Source: an uncultured Pelagibacteraceae bacterium (lineage in GTDB: Bacteria; Pseudomonadota; Alphaproteobacteria; Pelagibacterales; Pelagibacteraceae). Taken from it: a DNA stretch of 64,000 nucleotides. The notes below the pieces were generated by a model. That model was not told where the DNA came from, ran no database searches, and was given only the letters and a program-made list of their open reading frames with translations. The translations under genes and the position numbers were made by a program. The stretch spans positions 33,669 to 97,668 of the forward strand of contig CACPOD010000003.1 of the NCBI GenBank assembly GCA_902635515.1, given 5' to 3'. Below are positions 20,787 through 30,980 of this stretch, in pieces (the first letter of the stretch is position 1; the number at the start of each line of letters is the position of its first letter).

Positions 20787-23561
20787 ATGAATAAAATTCA
20801 AAAAACAGATCATTTTTATTTGATTGATGGTTCTGGTTATATTTTTAGAGCTTATTATGCTTTGCCTCCATTGACTAGAAAAAGTGATGGACTTCCAACA
20901 GGTGCTGTAAGTGGTTTTTGCAGTATGTTATTTAAATTATTAGAGGACTCAAAATCTGATCAAAATTTGCAAAAACCAACACATTTTGCAGTAATATTCG
21001 ACTCAGCAAGAAAAACTTTCAGAAATGAAATTTATAGTGATTACAAAGCTAATAGATCAGAGGCACCTGATGATTTAGCTCCACAATTTGAGTATATAAG
21101 AAAATCAGTACTAGCATTTAATTTACCATCTGTGGATCTGCCTAATTATGAAGCAGATGATTTAATAGCCACATATGTTGATCAAATCCTTAAAAAGGGT
21201 GCAAAGGTTACAATTGTCTCATCAGATAAAGATTTAATGCAGCTTTACAAAAAAGGGGTTCGAATTTTTGACCCCATGAAAAACAAATTTATAACTGACG
21301 ATGATGTCTTAAAAAAATTTGGAGTAGATGCTTCAAAAGTTATTGATGTGCAATCTTTAGCAGGAGATAGTAGTGATAATGTCCCTGGTGTTCCAGGGAT
21401 AGGTGTTAAGACAGCTGCAGAGCTAATTAATACATATGGCACTTTAGAAAATTTACTAAAATCTGCTCATGAGATTAAGCAAAATAAAAGAAGAGAAACA
21501 TTAATAGAGAATAAGGATAAAGCATTAATAAGTAAAAAACTTGTAACACTAGATCATAAATCTCCTGTTAAAAGAGAGTTAAGTGAATTTAAATTACAAA
21601 ATATAAATAAAGATAAATTATATAAATTTTTAAGAGAAATGGAATTTAACAGGTTGTTAAGCTCTGCAATTTCTGCTTATGGAGAACCTGAACTAGAAAG
21701 CAATAAGATTGAAACTCAAAATCAAGAAAAACAACAATCAATAAATAATAAAAATTATTATTTAATTAATAATTTAGATGAAATTGATAAATGGATAGAG
21801 GAGGCGGAAGAAGTTGGTGAAGTAGCTGTAGATACAGAAACTACTTCATTAGATCCTCATCAGGCGGATTTAGTGGGTATTTCTCTTTGCTCAAAAATTG
21901 GAAAAGCATGTTACATACCAGTTGGTCATAAGTCACCCAAGTGTCTTAAAAAAGACGCAGTAATTAAAAAATTAAAGAAAATATTAGAGGATCCTAGTAT
22001 AAAAAAAATAGGTCAAAATATAAAATTTGATTTTATCGTATTTTATAAGAATGGGATTACCCTTTCATCAATGGAAGATACAATGTTGATGTCTTATGTC
22101 TTAGATGCAGGAAAAAATAGACATAATATGGATACTTTGTCAGAAATTCATTTAGGACATAAAACTATTTCTTTTAAAGACATGGTAGGAACAGGCAAGA
22201 AAGAAATTAATTTTAGCGAAGTAGAATTAGATAAAGCAAAAGATTACGCTGCTGAAGATGCTGATGTTACTTTTAGATTATACAAGAAATTTATCAAAAA
22301 TTTAAAATCAGAAAAAATGATAAATATCTATGAAATTTTTGAAAAACCATTAATTAAAATTCTTGCATTTATGGAAATAGAAGGAGTTGAAATTGATAGC
22401 AAGTTTTTAAAATCTCTTTCATCTAAATTTGAAAAAAAAATCCAAAAACTTGAAAAAGAGGTATTTAAAATTTCTAAAAAAGAGTTCAATATCGCGTCCC
22501 CAAAGCAATTAGGTGAAATAATTTATAATGACTTGAAAATAGCTGGATTAAAAAAAACTAAAAAAGGAAGTTTTGCAACAAGCGCAAGTGTTTTAGAGGA
22601 TTTAGCTTTCAAAGGTCATGAGTTTCCAAAATTAATTTTAGACTGGAGACAAGTTTCAAAATTAAAAAATACCTATTCAGATGCTTTACCTGAACATTTA
22701 AACCCAAATACAAAAAGAGTTCATACTTCGTTTTTGCTGGCTGCTACAACGACTGGAAGACTAGCATCTAGTGATCCCAACTTACAAAACATACCAATTA
22801 AATCAGAAGATGGAAAAGATATAAGAAAAGCTTTCACTGCAAAAAAAGGGCACCTATTAATTTCTGCGGATTACAATCAAATTGAGATGAGAATTTTAGC
22901 AGACCTGGCGGATGTAAAAGAATTGAAAAAAGCTTTCAAAAATAAAGAAGATATTCACTCTTTAACAGCTAGCCAAATATTTAATATTGATATTAAAAAA
23001 GTTAATCAAGATCACAGACGAAAGGCTAAGGCAATTAATTTTGGAATTATTTATGGAATTTCGCAATATGGATTAGCTAAGCAAATAAACGTTTCTAACT
23101 ATGAAGCAGAGGAATTTTTGAATTCATATTTTGCTAAGTTTCCAGAAATTAAAGTTTATATGGATAATACAATTAAATTTTGTAGGAAAAGCGGATATGT
23201 TAACAATATTTTTGGACGAAGATCTCACTTTAATGGAATAAATGACAAAAACTTTAATGTCAGAAATTTTCAAGAACGTGCTGCAATTAATGCTCCCATT
23301 CAAGGTTCTGCTTCTGAAGTAATGAGATTAGCTATGATAAGATTGGACAAGAAATTATCAGAGGAAAAAAATTCTAATTCAAAAATGCTCTTGCAAATTC
23401 ATGATGAATTAATTTTTGAAATTCCAAAAAAAGATGAAAAAGTAATGATTAAATTAATTGAGAAAGAAATGACAAGTGTGGCTCAGAGTGATTATCATTC
23501 TTTTTCAACTCCTTTAACAGTTGATATTAATGTTGGAGATAATTGGGGTATGTTACATTAA
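20787..23561 (+). CDS. polA: DNA polymerase I
   Basis: LIDGSGYIFRAYY 5'-3' exonuclease, VDTETT 3'-5' exonuclease, ADYNQIEMR, KAINFGIIYG, QIHDEL. Confidence 0.98.
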   Translation: MNKIQKTDHFYLIDGSGYIFRAYYALPPLTRKSDGLPTGAVSGFCSMLFKLLEDSKSDQNLQKPTHFAVIFDSARKTFRNEIYSDYKANRSEAPDDLAPQFEYIRKSVLAFNLPSVDLPNYEADDLIATYVDQILKKGAKVTIVSSDKDLMQLYKKGVRIFDPMKNKFITDDDVLKKFGVDASKVIDVQSLAGDSSDNVPGVPGIGVKTAAELINTYGTLENLLKSAHEIKQNKRRETLIENKDKALISKKLVTLDHKSPVKRELSEFKLQNINKDKLYKFLREMEFNRLLSSAISAYGEPELESNKIETQNQEKQQSINNKNYYLINNLDEIDKWIEEAEEVGEVAVDTETTSLDPHQADLVGISLCSKIGKACYIPVGHKSPKCLKKDAVIKKLKKILEDPSIKKIGQNIKFDFIVFYKNGITLSSMEDTMLMSYVLDAGKNRHNMDTLSEIHLGHKTISFKDMVGTGKKEINFSEVELDKAKDYAAEDADVTFRLYKKFIKNLKSEKMINIYEIFEKPLIKILAFMEIEGVEIDSKFLKSLSSKFEKKIQKLEKEVFKISKKEFNIASPKQLGEIIYNDLKIAGLKKTKKGSFATSASVLEDLAFKGHEFPKLILDWRQVSKLKNTYSDALPEHLNPNTKRVHTSFLLAATTTGRLASSDPNLQNIPIKSEDGKDIRKAFTAKKGHLLISADYNQIEMRILADLADVKELKKAFKNKEDIHSLTASQIFNIDIKKVNQDHRRKAKAINFGIIYGISQYGLAKQINVSNYEAEEFLNSYFAKFPEIKVYMDNTIKFCRKSGYVNNIFGRRSHFNGINDKNFNVRNFQERAAINAPIQGSASEVMRLAMIRLDKKLSEEKNSNSKMLLQIHDELIFEIPKKDEKVMIKLIEKEMTSVAQSDYHSFSTPLTVDINVGDNWGMLH

Positions 23562-23611
23562 ATTTATAACATTGCCCAAATTAGGACAATTTAGTATTTT
23601 TAAACTATTTT

Positions 23612-24319
23612 ATGCAAAAACAAACAATAGCTTTGATAGATGATGATAGAAATATTTTAACAAGTTTGAGTATCGCATTAGAAAAAGAGGGTTTTAAAGT
23701 TCAAACATACATTGATGGTGAAAGCGCATTAATCGGTCTAACCAGAATGCCACCCGACTTAGCAGTCATAGATATAAAGATGCCCAAGATGGATGGGGAA
23801 GAATTACTAAAAAAACTTCGAAAAAAAACTTCCTTACCAGTAATTTTTTTAACATCTAAAGATGATGAAATTGATGAGTTGTTAGGTCTAAAGTTGGGCG
23901 CAGATGATTTTGTAAAAAAATCAGGAGGTTTTTCTATAAAAGTTTTGATTGAAAGAATTAGAGTGCAGTTAAGAAAAAAAGATTCAAATAATATTCTAGA
24001 GGAAAATAAAAGCCTGATATCTCATGGAAGATTAAAATTAGATCCATCACAACTTGAGTGTGAATGGAATGGAAAACAGCTGCCTGATAAATTGACGACA
24101 ACTGAGTTTTTAATCGTTAAAGAATTAGCAAAGAGGCCTGGTATAATTAAAGAAAGAGCTCAGCTTATGGATATAGCTTATCGAGAGGATACAGATATAG
24201 AGGATAGAACTATTGATAGTCACGTAAAAAGAATTAGAAAAAAATTTAAAAAAGTAGATCCTGATTTTTCAGCTATTGAAACTAGGTATGGTAGTGGATA
24301 TAGATGGAATGTTAGCTAA
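23612..24319 (+). CDS. chvI: OmpR-family response regulator ChvI
   Basis: PVIFLTSKDDEIDE, DRTIDSHVKRIRKKF, IETRYGSGYRW. Confidence 0.93.
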   Translation: MQKQTIALIDDDRNILTSLSIALEKEGFKVQTYIDGESALIGLTRMPPDLAVIDIKMPKMDGEELLKKLRKKTSLPVIFLTSKDDEIDELLGLKLGADDFVKKSGGFSIKVLIERIRVQLRKKDSNNILEENKSLISHGRLKLDPSQLECEWNGKQLPDKLTTTEFLIVKELAKRPGIIKERAQLMDIAYREDTDIEDRTIDSHVKRIRKKFKKVDPDFSAIETRYGSGYRWNVS

Positions 24320-25860
24320 TGTTTAGTAAATACTTAAAAACTCTTTCTATATTAAAAAAATTTTTATTTATAAATTTTGTAATTTTTACAATTATTGGAC
24401 TATTTACATTCATATATCTAAATAATATTCAGCCAAGTTTAATAAAAAAAAAATCTCAAAATCACACAAACATTATTAACAATACTATTGATAATATTTT
24501 AAGGCTAGATGTAAAATTCCAATCTGACGAAATAAGAAGATTTTTATTTTCTACAAGGTTTATTTTTCAAAATTTAGATAGAGTAATATTTTTTGATGAT
24601 CAACTTAACCTTATTGGAGACACTGATACTTTAGATCTTGATCCAAGATCATTCTCTACAAGACTTGATAAAATTGAATTTGAAAGTTTAGATAATGAGG
24701 AAATAGAAAAAACTATTGAGGAACAAAATATAAAAATAGATGAAAAAAAACTTGTTTCATTCAAAGATATATTAAAAAATTATTCTAGTTCTGAAAATTT
24801 AGGAGTTCCCTACACATTTACGCAAGAAGATTTTAATCAATTTAATGTAACAACAATTAAGAATGTTACAAAGAATGAAATTAATCTTGGTTATGTAGCT
24901 ATTACAGAAAACGCTAATGAAATAAAGACAGCGATAGATGAGAGAAAAGCATTTGTAATAAGAACAGCTGTATCTGTAGGATTTGTAATATTAATTTTTT
25001 CTTTTGTTCTAAGTAGATATTTTATTAAACCAATACAAAATCTTGTTGGATATACAATTCGTATCAAAGAAAAAAGTCAAATTAAACCAGGTATTGAAAA
25101 TTTAAAAAAAAGAAATGATGAATTAGGACTTTTATCTAATTCTTTAGAGGACATGACAAATGAGCTTCAAAATAGAGTTACACATGCAGAAAACTTTTCG
25201 ACAGATTTAGTTCATGAAATTAGAAATCCGTTAGCATCTTTAAAAAGTGCATCAGAAATTTTACAAGACACAAATGATAGCGAACAAAGAAATAGATTAT
25301 TGAATATACTCAGTCATGATGTTCAAAGAATTGAAAGATTAATTACTGATTATTCTCAAATGTTAAAAGACGAAGTTGCTTTAAGTAAAGAAAAAATGAA
25401 AAATATTGATATTGAGCCTATCATTCAATCTGTTGTTGATGACTATAACAATATTCATCAAGTAAAAAAAGGAATTAAAATTGAATATAAAAATGATGGA
25501 AAAGATAAATATTTAATAAATGGTATAGAAAACAGAATTGAACAAATCATTGCAAATTTATTAGATAATTCAATATCATTTAGTAAAGATGGTGCTAATG
25601 TTTTTGTTGATGTTTCTGTTAATGGAAAAAATCAAATATCAATAAAAATTATTGATGAGGGACAAGGATTTAAAGAAAAAGATACATCAAGAATATTTAA
25701 AAGATTTTATAGTAATAGGCCTGAAAAATTTGGAGAACACTCAGGCCTAGGTTTAAATATAGTAAAAAACTTGGTTGAACTCCACGATGGTGAAATTGTA
25801 GCATCTAATCGTATTGATAAAGAAGGAGCAATGATAGAAATAAGATTTCCCAATGTTTAA
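24319..25860 (+). CDS. chvG: Sensor histidine kinase ChvG
   Basis: Two TMs, HAMP, HEIRNPLAS H-box, RFYSNRP..FGEHSGLGL; coupled to chvI. Confidence 0.9.
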   Translation: MFSKYLKTLSILKKFLFINFVIFTIIGLFTFIYLNNIQPSLIKKKSQNHTNIINNTIDNILRLDVKFQSDEIRRFLFSTRFIFQNLDRVIFFDDQLNLIGDTDTLDLDPRSFSTRLDKIEFESLDNEEIEKTIEEQNIKIDEKKLVSFKDILKNYSSSENLGVPYTFTQEDFNQFNVTTIKNVTKNEINLGYVAITENANEIKTAIDERKAFVIRTAVSVGFVILIFSFVLSRYFIKPIQNLVGYTIRIKEKSQIKPGIENLKKRNDELGLLSNSLEDMTNELQNRVTHAENFSTDLVHEIRNPLASLKSASEILQDTNDSEQRNRLLNILSHDVQRIERLITDYSQMLKDEVALSKEKMKNIDIEPIIQSVVDDYNNIHQVKKGIKIEYKNDGKDKYLINGIENRIEQIIANLLDNSISFSKDGANVFVDVSVNGKNQISIKIIDEGQGFKEKDTSRIFKRFYSNRPEKFGEHSGLGLNIVKNLVELHDGEIVASNRIDKEGAMIEIRFPNV

Positions 25861-25867
25861 TCATTTC

Positions 25868-25895
25868 TTGATAAATAAATACTTAGCTGTATAAA
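25868..25895 (+). promoter_or_regulatory. sigma70-like promoter of ahcY (apparently leaderless)
   Basis: TTGATA-N16-TATAAA, 7 nt upstream of the ATG; no SD. Confidence 0.55.
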
Positions 25896-25902
25896 GCTTG
25901 CC

Positions 25903-27189
25903 ATGGAAGATTATAAAGTAAAAGACATTGCTCAAGCTGAATTTGGTAGAAAAGAAATATCAATAGCTGAAAGTGAAATGCCTGGTTTAATAGCTTTAAG
26001 AGAAGAGTATTCTAAAGATAAACCATTAAAGGGTGCAAGGATTATAGGATGTCTTCATATGACAATTCAAACAGCTGTTCTAATCGAAACTTTAGTTGCA
26101 TTAGGTGCTGAAGTAAGATGGTCTTCTTGTAATATTTTTTCAACTCAAGATCATGCAGCTGCTGCAATTGCAAAGGCTGGAATCCCTGTTTATGCCTGGA
26201 AAGGTGAAACAGAAGAGGAATATTTATGGTGCATTAAACAAACTATAGTTGGAAAACCTGACTGGAAGCCTAACATGTTATTAGATGACGGTGGAGATTT
26301 AACAGCTATCATGCATAACGAGTATCAGGATTTAATGAAAGATATTAAGGGTGTTTCAGAAGAGACTACCACTGGAATTAAAGCACTAAATAAAATGGAA
26401 AAAGATAAATCCCTTTTGGTTCCAGCAATAAACGTGAATGATTCTGTCACAAAATCAAAATTTGATAATTTATATGGATGTAGAGAAAGTTTAGTAGACG
26501 GGATAAGAAGAGCTACTGATGTAATGATGTCTGGAAAAATTGCTATTGTTGCTGGTTTTGGGGACGTTGGAAAAGGAAGTGCTGCATCTTTAAGACAAAG
26601 TGGAGCTAGAGTTTTAGTTACAGAGGCAGATCCAATTTGCGCTCTTCAAGCTGCAATGGAAGGTTATGAAGTGGTTTTGATGGAGGAGGCTATAAGTAGA
26701 GCGGATATCGTTGTAACAGCAACAGGTAACAAAGATATTGTTACTGCAGATCATATGAGAGACATGAAGGATAGAGCCATCTTATGTAATATTGGTCACT
26801 TTGATAATGAAATACAAGTTGAGGCTCTTAAGAATTATAAGTGGACTGAAGTAAAACCTCAAGTGCATGAAATAGAGTTGCCTAGTGGTAAAAGAATTAT
26901 TCTTTTAGCTGAAGGAAGATTAGTTAATCTTGGTTGTGCAACTGGACATCCAAGTTTTGTAATGAGTGCATCATTTACTAATCAAGTTATTGCTCAAATA
27001 GAACTTTGGCACAATCATAAAAATTATGAAAATAAAGTTTATGTACTTCCAAAACATTTAGATGAAAAAGTAGCAACTTTGCATTTAAAAAAAGTTGGGG
27101 CAAAACTAACAAAATTATCAAAAGAGCAAGCAGATTATATAAGCGTTGGAACAGAAGGTCCTTTCAAACCAGATGCCTATCGCTATTAA
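25903..27189 (+). CDS. ahcY: Adenosylhomocysteinase
   Basis: [49 protein letters not shown]. Confidence 0.98.
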   Translation: MEDYKVKDIAQAEFGRKEISIAESEMPGLIALREEYSKDKPLKGARIIGCLHMTIQTAVLIETLVALGAEVRWSSCNIFSTQDHAAAAIAKAGIPVYAWKGETEEEYLWCIKQTIVGKPDWKPNMLLDDGGDLTAIMHNEYQDLMKDIKGVSEETTTGIKALNKMEKDKSLLVPAINVNDSVTKSKFDNLYGCRESLVDGIRRATDVMMSGKIAIVAGFGDVGKGSAASLRQSGARVLVTEADPICALQAAMEGYEVVLMEEAISRADIVVTATGNKDIVTADHMRDMKDRAILCNIGHFDNEIQVEALKNYKWTEVKPQVHEIELPSGKRIILLAEGRLVNLGCATGHPSFVMSASFTNQVIAQIELWHNHKNYENKVYVLPKHLDEKVATLHLKKVGAKLTKLSKEQADYISVGTEGPFKPDAYRY

Positions 27190-27619
27190 AGATAGCACAA
27201 TCGATATCACTTCAGAGAAGTTAACTAAAGAATTAGCTAAAGAATTTACAAAATATCTTAAAGGTGGCGAGTTTGTTTTTTTATATGGAGAGATGGGTGT
27301 TGGAAAAACAACCTTTGTTAAATATTTTATAAATGAGTATCAAAAAATAAATAATTTAACACAAACAGAAATTACAAGCCCTACTTTTAGTTTATTAAAT
27401 GAGTACCAAGTGAGAGATATAAGAATAAAACATTATGATTTATTTAGAATTAATAGGAAAGAAGATATCAATAATTTAGATATTTTTGAAAAAGATAATA
27501 AATTAATAACACTTATAGAATGGCCGCAATTGATTGATGATAAAGAAATAAAATTTATAACTTTAACATTTAATTATTTAAATCAATTAAATGATAGATC
27601 TGTAGATATAAAAGTTTAA
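27173..27619 (+). CDS. tsaE: tRNA t6A biosynthesis ATPase TsaE (likely start ATG 27173)
   Basis: [23 protein letters not shown]. Confidence 0.93.
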   Translation: MPIAIKDSTIDITSEKLTKELAKEFTKYLKGGEFVFLYGEMGVGKTTFVKYFINEYQKINNLTQTEITSPTFSLLNEYQVRDIRIKHYDLFRINRKEDINNLDIFEKDNKLITLIEWPQLIDDKEIKFITLTFNYLNQLNDRSVDIKV

Positions 27620-27635
27620 ATTAAAACCTATTTTG

Positions 27636-28580
27636 ATGAAAAGCTTAGCAAAATTAAAAAAAATAAAAGGTGATGCGTCTTTTAGAGAATTTTATAGAAA
27701 CAGAGAAAATAAATCTATTATTGTAATATCCAAGAAAGAAAAGTTAAAAAATCTTTTAATTTATGATGCGATAAATAAAATTTTAATTAAAAATAAAATT
27801 TTAGCACCAAATCTAATAAGTGAAAATTACATTAATAATTATGTAGAAATAAATGACTTCGGAGATCAAACTTTGTTTCAAATTTTAAAAAACAAAAAGA
27901 ATAATAAATATGTCATTTTTAAAAAGATAATAAAAATTTTAAATAAAATACAATTAATAAAAGATAAAAAAGTAAAAAATTTTAAAAACAAATTATATAA
28001 AGTTCAAGAATATAAAAACAAAATTTTGTTTGATGAAACTAAACTTTTTAGTGACTGGTATGCACCAAAGATATTGTCCAAATCCAAAAGTATTCAATTT
28101 AAAAAAAAATTTAGATTAGAGATAAAAAAATTATTATCAAAATTAAATTATAAAAATGTTACATTTGTTCATAGAGATTTTCATGTTTCAAATTTGATGT
28201 ATTACAATAAAAAAATTGCAGTAATAGATAGTCAAGATGCATTAATGGGTAATAGAGCTTACGATTTAGCATCTTTAATTGACGATGTAAGATTAAAAAC
28301 ATCTAATGAACTAAAAGAGAAAGTATTTAAATTTTACATCAAAACAAATAAAAAAATTGATTTGGAAAAATTTAAAAAAGATTTTGAAATATTATCTGTT
28401 TTAAGGAATTTAAAAATAATCGGTATATTTATGCGTTTAGCTGAAAGAGATAATAAAAAAAAATATCTTAAATTAATTCCTTACGCTTGGGAATTGATTA
28501 ATCACAGAATTAAAGAGCAAAATCAATTTAACAATTTGATGTTGCTATTAAAAAATAATTTTCCAAAATTTATAAGGTGA
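27636..28580 (+). CDS. amgK: Aminoglycoside-phosphotransferase-like anomeric MurNAc/GlcNAc kinase (AmgK-like)
   Basis: GDASFREFYR, HRDFHVSNLM, IDSQDA, YDLASL; lies between tsaE and a nucleotidyltransferase. Confidence 0.75.
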   Translation: MKSLAKLKKIKGDASFREFYRNRENKSIIVISKKEKLKNLLIYDAINKILIKNKILAPNLISENYINNYVEINDFGDQTLFQILKNKKNNKYVIFKKIIKILNKIQLIKDKKVKNFKNKLYKVQEYKNKILFDETKLFSDWYAPKILSKSKSIQFKKKFRLEIKKLLSKLNYKNVTFVHRDFHVSNLMYYNKKIAVIDSQDALMGNRAYDLASLIDDVRLKTSNELKEKVFKFYIKTNKKIDLEKFKKDFEILSVLRNLKIIGIFMRLAERDNKKKYLKLIPYAWELINHRIKEQNQFNNLMLLLKNNFPKFIR

Positions 28581-28584
28581 AGTT

Positions 28585-29274
28585 GTGAAAATAAATACAG
28601 CCTTAATTTTATGTGCAGGTTTTGGTAAGAGATTAAACCCAATTACTTTAAATACTCCTAAGCCCTTATTAGAGATTAAAGATGTAAGTATGCTGGAGCG
28701 ATGTATTAATTTAATCGAAAAACTAGGTATTCAAAAAATCTTAATAAATACTTTTTATTTAAAGGATCAATTTTCAGTTTTTTTAAACAGTAAAAATTTC
28801 AATATTGATATCAAAATAATAGAGGATGGTGAGCACATTTTAGATACAGGGGGAGGTATTCAAAATATGATTAAAGACTCTAATGAAAAGGATTTTATAA
28901 TTTTTAATCCAGATACAATCTGGAGTAATGACTATAAAGATGAGATATTAAAAATGGAAAAAATGTATTTTTCTGAAAAATTAGAAAACATTCTTCTTTT
29001 AGTAAATAAAAAATTTAGTTTTGATAAAAAGTTAAAAGGTGATTTTAATTTAAAAAATAATTTAATTAACAAAGAGGTTAAAAAAGAATTTATCTATATT
29101 GGATGTCAAATAATTAATAAAAAATTATTTACTAAAGAGAAAATAGAAAATTACTCAATTTTGGAAATTTGGAATAATTTATTAGATCAAAAAAAATTAT
29201 TTGGTTATGAAAGCCAAAAAGATTTTTATCATTTAACCGATCTAGATATTTTTAAAAAACTAAAAGATCTTTAG
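28585..29274 (+). CDS. murU: MurNAc-alpha-1-phosphate uridylyltransferase (MurU-like)
   Basis: LILCAGFGKRLNPIT..PKPL, LDTGGG; follows the amgK-like gene. Confidence 0.72.
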   Translation: MKINTALILCAGFGKRLNPITLNTPKPLLEIKDVSMLERCINLIEKLGIQKILINTFYLKDQFSVFLNSKNFNIDIKIIEDGEHILDTGGGIQNMIKDSNEKDFIIFNPDTIWSNDYKDEILKMEKMYFSEKLENILLLVNKKFSFDKKLKGDFNLKNNLINKEVKKEFIYIGCQIINKKLFTKEKIENYSILEIWNNLLDQKKLFGYESQKDFYHLTDLDIFKKLKDL

Positions 29275-29959
29275 CTCTTTCTTGATCAAGATATTTGCAA
29301 TTAGAAATTTTGTTGTTTTCTAATTCAACTAAAAGTGGGTTTCCTGTTGGAATTTCAAGTTTAGAGATCTCATTGTTATTTAAATTAAACAAATATTTGC
29401 AAAGAGCTCTAATGGAATTTCCGTGAGCAGAAATAAGAATATTTTCACTTGATTTCTGTTCTATCTCGTTATTATAAAACTTTATTACTCTTTCATATGT
29501 ATCTTTTAGTGACTCGGTATCAGGAATTTCTTCTAAAGGAATATTTTTGTATGTTTCGATATTTAGTGGGTGATATGGATTTTTTTTATCTAAAGGGTCG
29601 GGTCTAAGGTCCCAAGAACGTCTAAATTGATGAACTTTTTCTTCTCCAAGTTTTTTTTTCATTTCATCTTTATTTAACCCTGTCAGAGCCCCATAATGTC
29701 TCTCGTTTAATTCCCATGCACTCTTTACTTCTTTAAAATCTTGTAATTCTTTCTGTATAATTTTTAAAGTATTTTTAGCCCTCAATTGAAAAGAGGAGTA
29801 ATACACGTTAATTTCTATTTTTTCTTGTTTTATTAATTCACCAGCTTTTTTTGCCTCTGATTTTCCATTTTCTGTCAGATCTACATCAACCCATCCAGTA
29901 AATTTCTTTTCAAGATTCCACACACTTTGACCGTGTCTTACTAAAATTAAATAACTCAT
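29252..29959 (-). CDS. gpmA: 2,3-BPG-dependent phosphoglycerate mutase
   Basis: RHGQS, FTGW, LNERHYG, AHGNS, IPTG. Confidence 0.96.
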   Translation of the reverse strand: MSYLILVRHGQSVWNLEKKFTGWVDVDLTENGKSEAKKAGELIKQEKIEINVYYSSFQLRAKNTLKIIQKELQDFKEVKSAWELNERHYGALTGLNKDEMKKKLGEEKVHQFRRSWDLRPDPLDKKNPYHPLNIETYKNIPLEEIPDTESLKDTYERVIKFYNNEIEQKSSENILISAHGNSIRALCKYLFNLNNNEISKLEIPTGNPLLVELENNKISNCKYLDQERAKDLLVF

Positions 29960-30004
29960 TTGTTTATCTTTTAAATCAATTTGATAAATAAAACTATATT
30001 ATTA

Positions 30005-30400
30005 ATGATTAATTATTTTTCAAAATATAAATTTATTTTTTACTTATGCAATTTCATTCTAATTATTTTGTATTTGTTCCCAGGTAGTTTACTTGGCTGT
30101 TATATTTACAATGATTGTAAAATCCAACCTCAAATAACTGCAAATTATATTGTTTCCACAAATCATTTATATGCATATATAGTTCTCTCAATTATTGGTT
30201 TTCTAACTTACCGAAAAAATAATAAATTTAATATTTTAAGTATTTATTTAATATTTTTATCTATTCTACTTGAGGTATTACAATACTTTGTGCCTAATAG
30301 AAGTTTTGAATTTTCGGATTTGTTTGGAAATCTAGCAGGTGTAGTTATAGCCATAATTATATTTTACTTTTTTAAAAAAAATGAAAATTTTAAAAATTAA
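30005..30400 (+). CDS. VanZ-like membrane protein
   Basis: LEVLQYFVPNRSFEFSDLFGNLAG motif, hydrophobic segments. Confidence 0.8.
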   Translation: MINYFSKYKFIFYLCNFILIILYLFPGSLLGCYIYNDCKIQPQITANYIVSTNHLYAYIVLSIIGFLTYRKNNKFNILSIYLIFLSILLEVLQYFVPNRSFEFSDLFGNLAGVVIAIIIFYFFKKNENFKN

Positions 30401-30980
30401 TTATTTATTTATTTTAATAATTTTTATTTCAGGTTGTTCGTCTGTTCCAAAAAATACAGCAGATAGTTGTTCTATATTTAATGAAAGATACATGTGGTAT
30501 AAACATGCAAAAAAAGCTGAGAAAAAATGGGGAACTCCAGTTTATTTACAGCTTGCAATTATAAAAATGGAGTCCAGTTTTAATAGATTTGCAAAACCTC
30601 CTAGACAGAAATTATTTAAAGTAGTGCCTTACAAGAGACCATCAAGTTCTTTTGGGTATTCACAGGCTGTAAAAGGAACGTGGAAACAATATAAAGAAGA
30701 AACTGGGAATAAGCTTGCTGCTAGGACAAGATTTAAAGACAGTGTAGATTTTATTGGTTGGTATACTAATAAAACTGAAAAAATTTTAAAAATTTCAAAA
30801 AAAGATGCTTTCAAGCAGTATATTGCTTATCATGAAGGGTGGGGTAACTATAAGAATTATAAAAAAAATAAAAAAGTAATTAATTTAGCCAAAAGAGTCG
30901 AGAAGCAATCAAATATTTATAAGCAACAATTATCAGAATGTAAAAATTCTTTATCAACGTCAAAATATATTATTTTTTAA
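30381..30980 (+). CDS. Lipoprotein with SLT/lysozyme-like transglycosylase domain
   Basis: FISGC lipobox; ESSF, SSFGYSQA, AYHEG motifs. Confidence 0.85.
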   Translation: MKILKINYLFILIIFISGCSSVPKNTADSCSIFNERYMWYKHAKKAEKKWGTPVYLQLAIIKMESSFNRFAKPPRQKLFKVVPYKRPSSSFGYSQAVKGTWKQYKEETGNKLAARTRFKDSVDFIGWYTNKTEKILKISKKDAFKQYIAYHEGWGNYKNYKKNKKVINLAKRVEKQSNIYKQQLSECKNSLSTSKYIIF

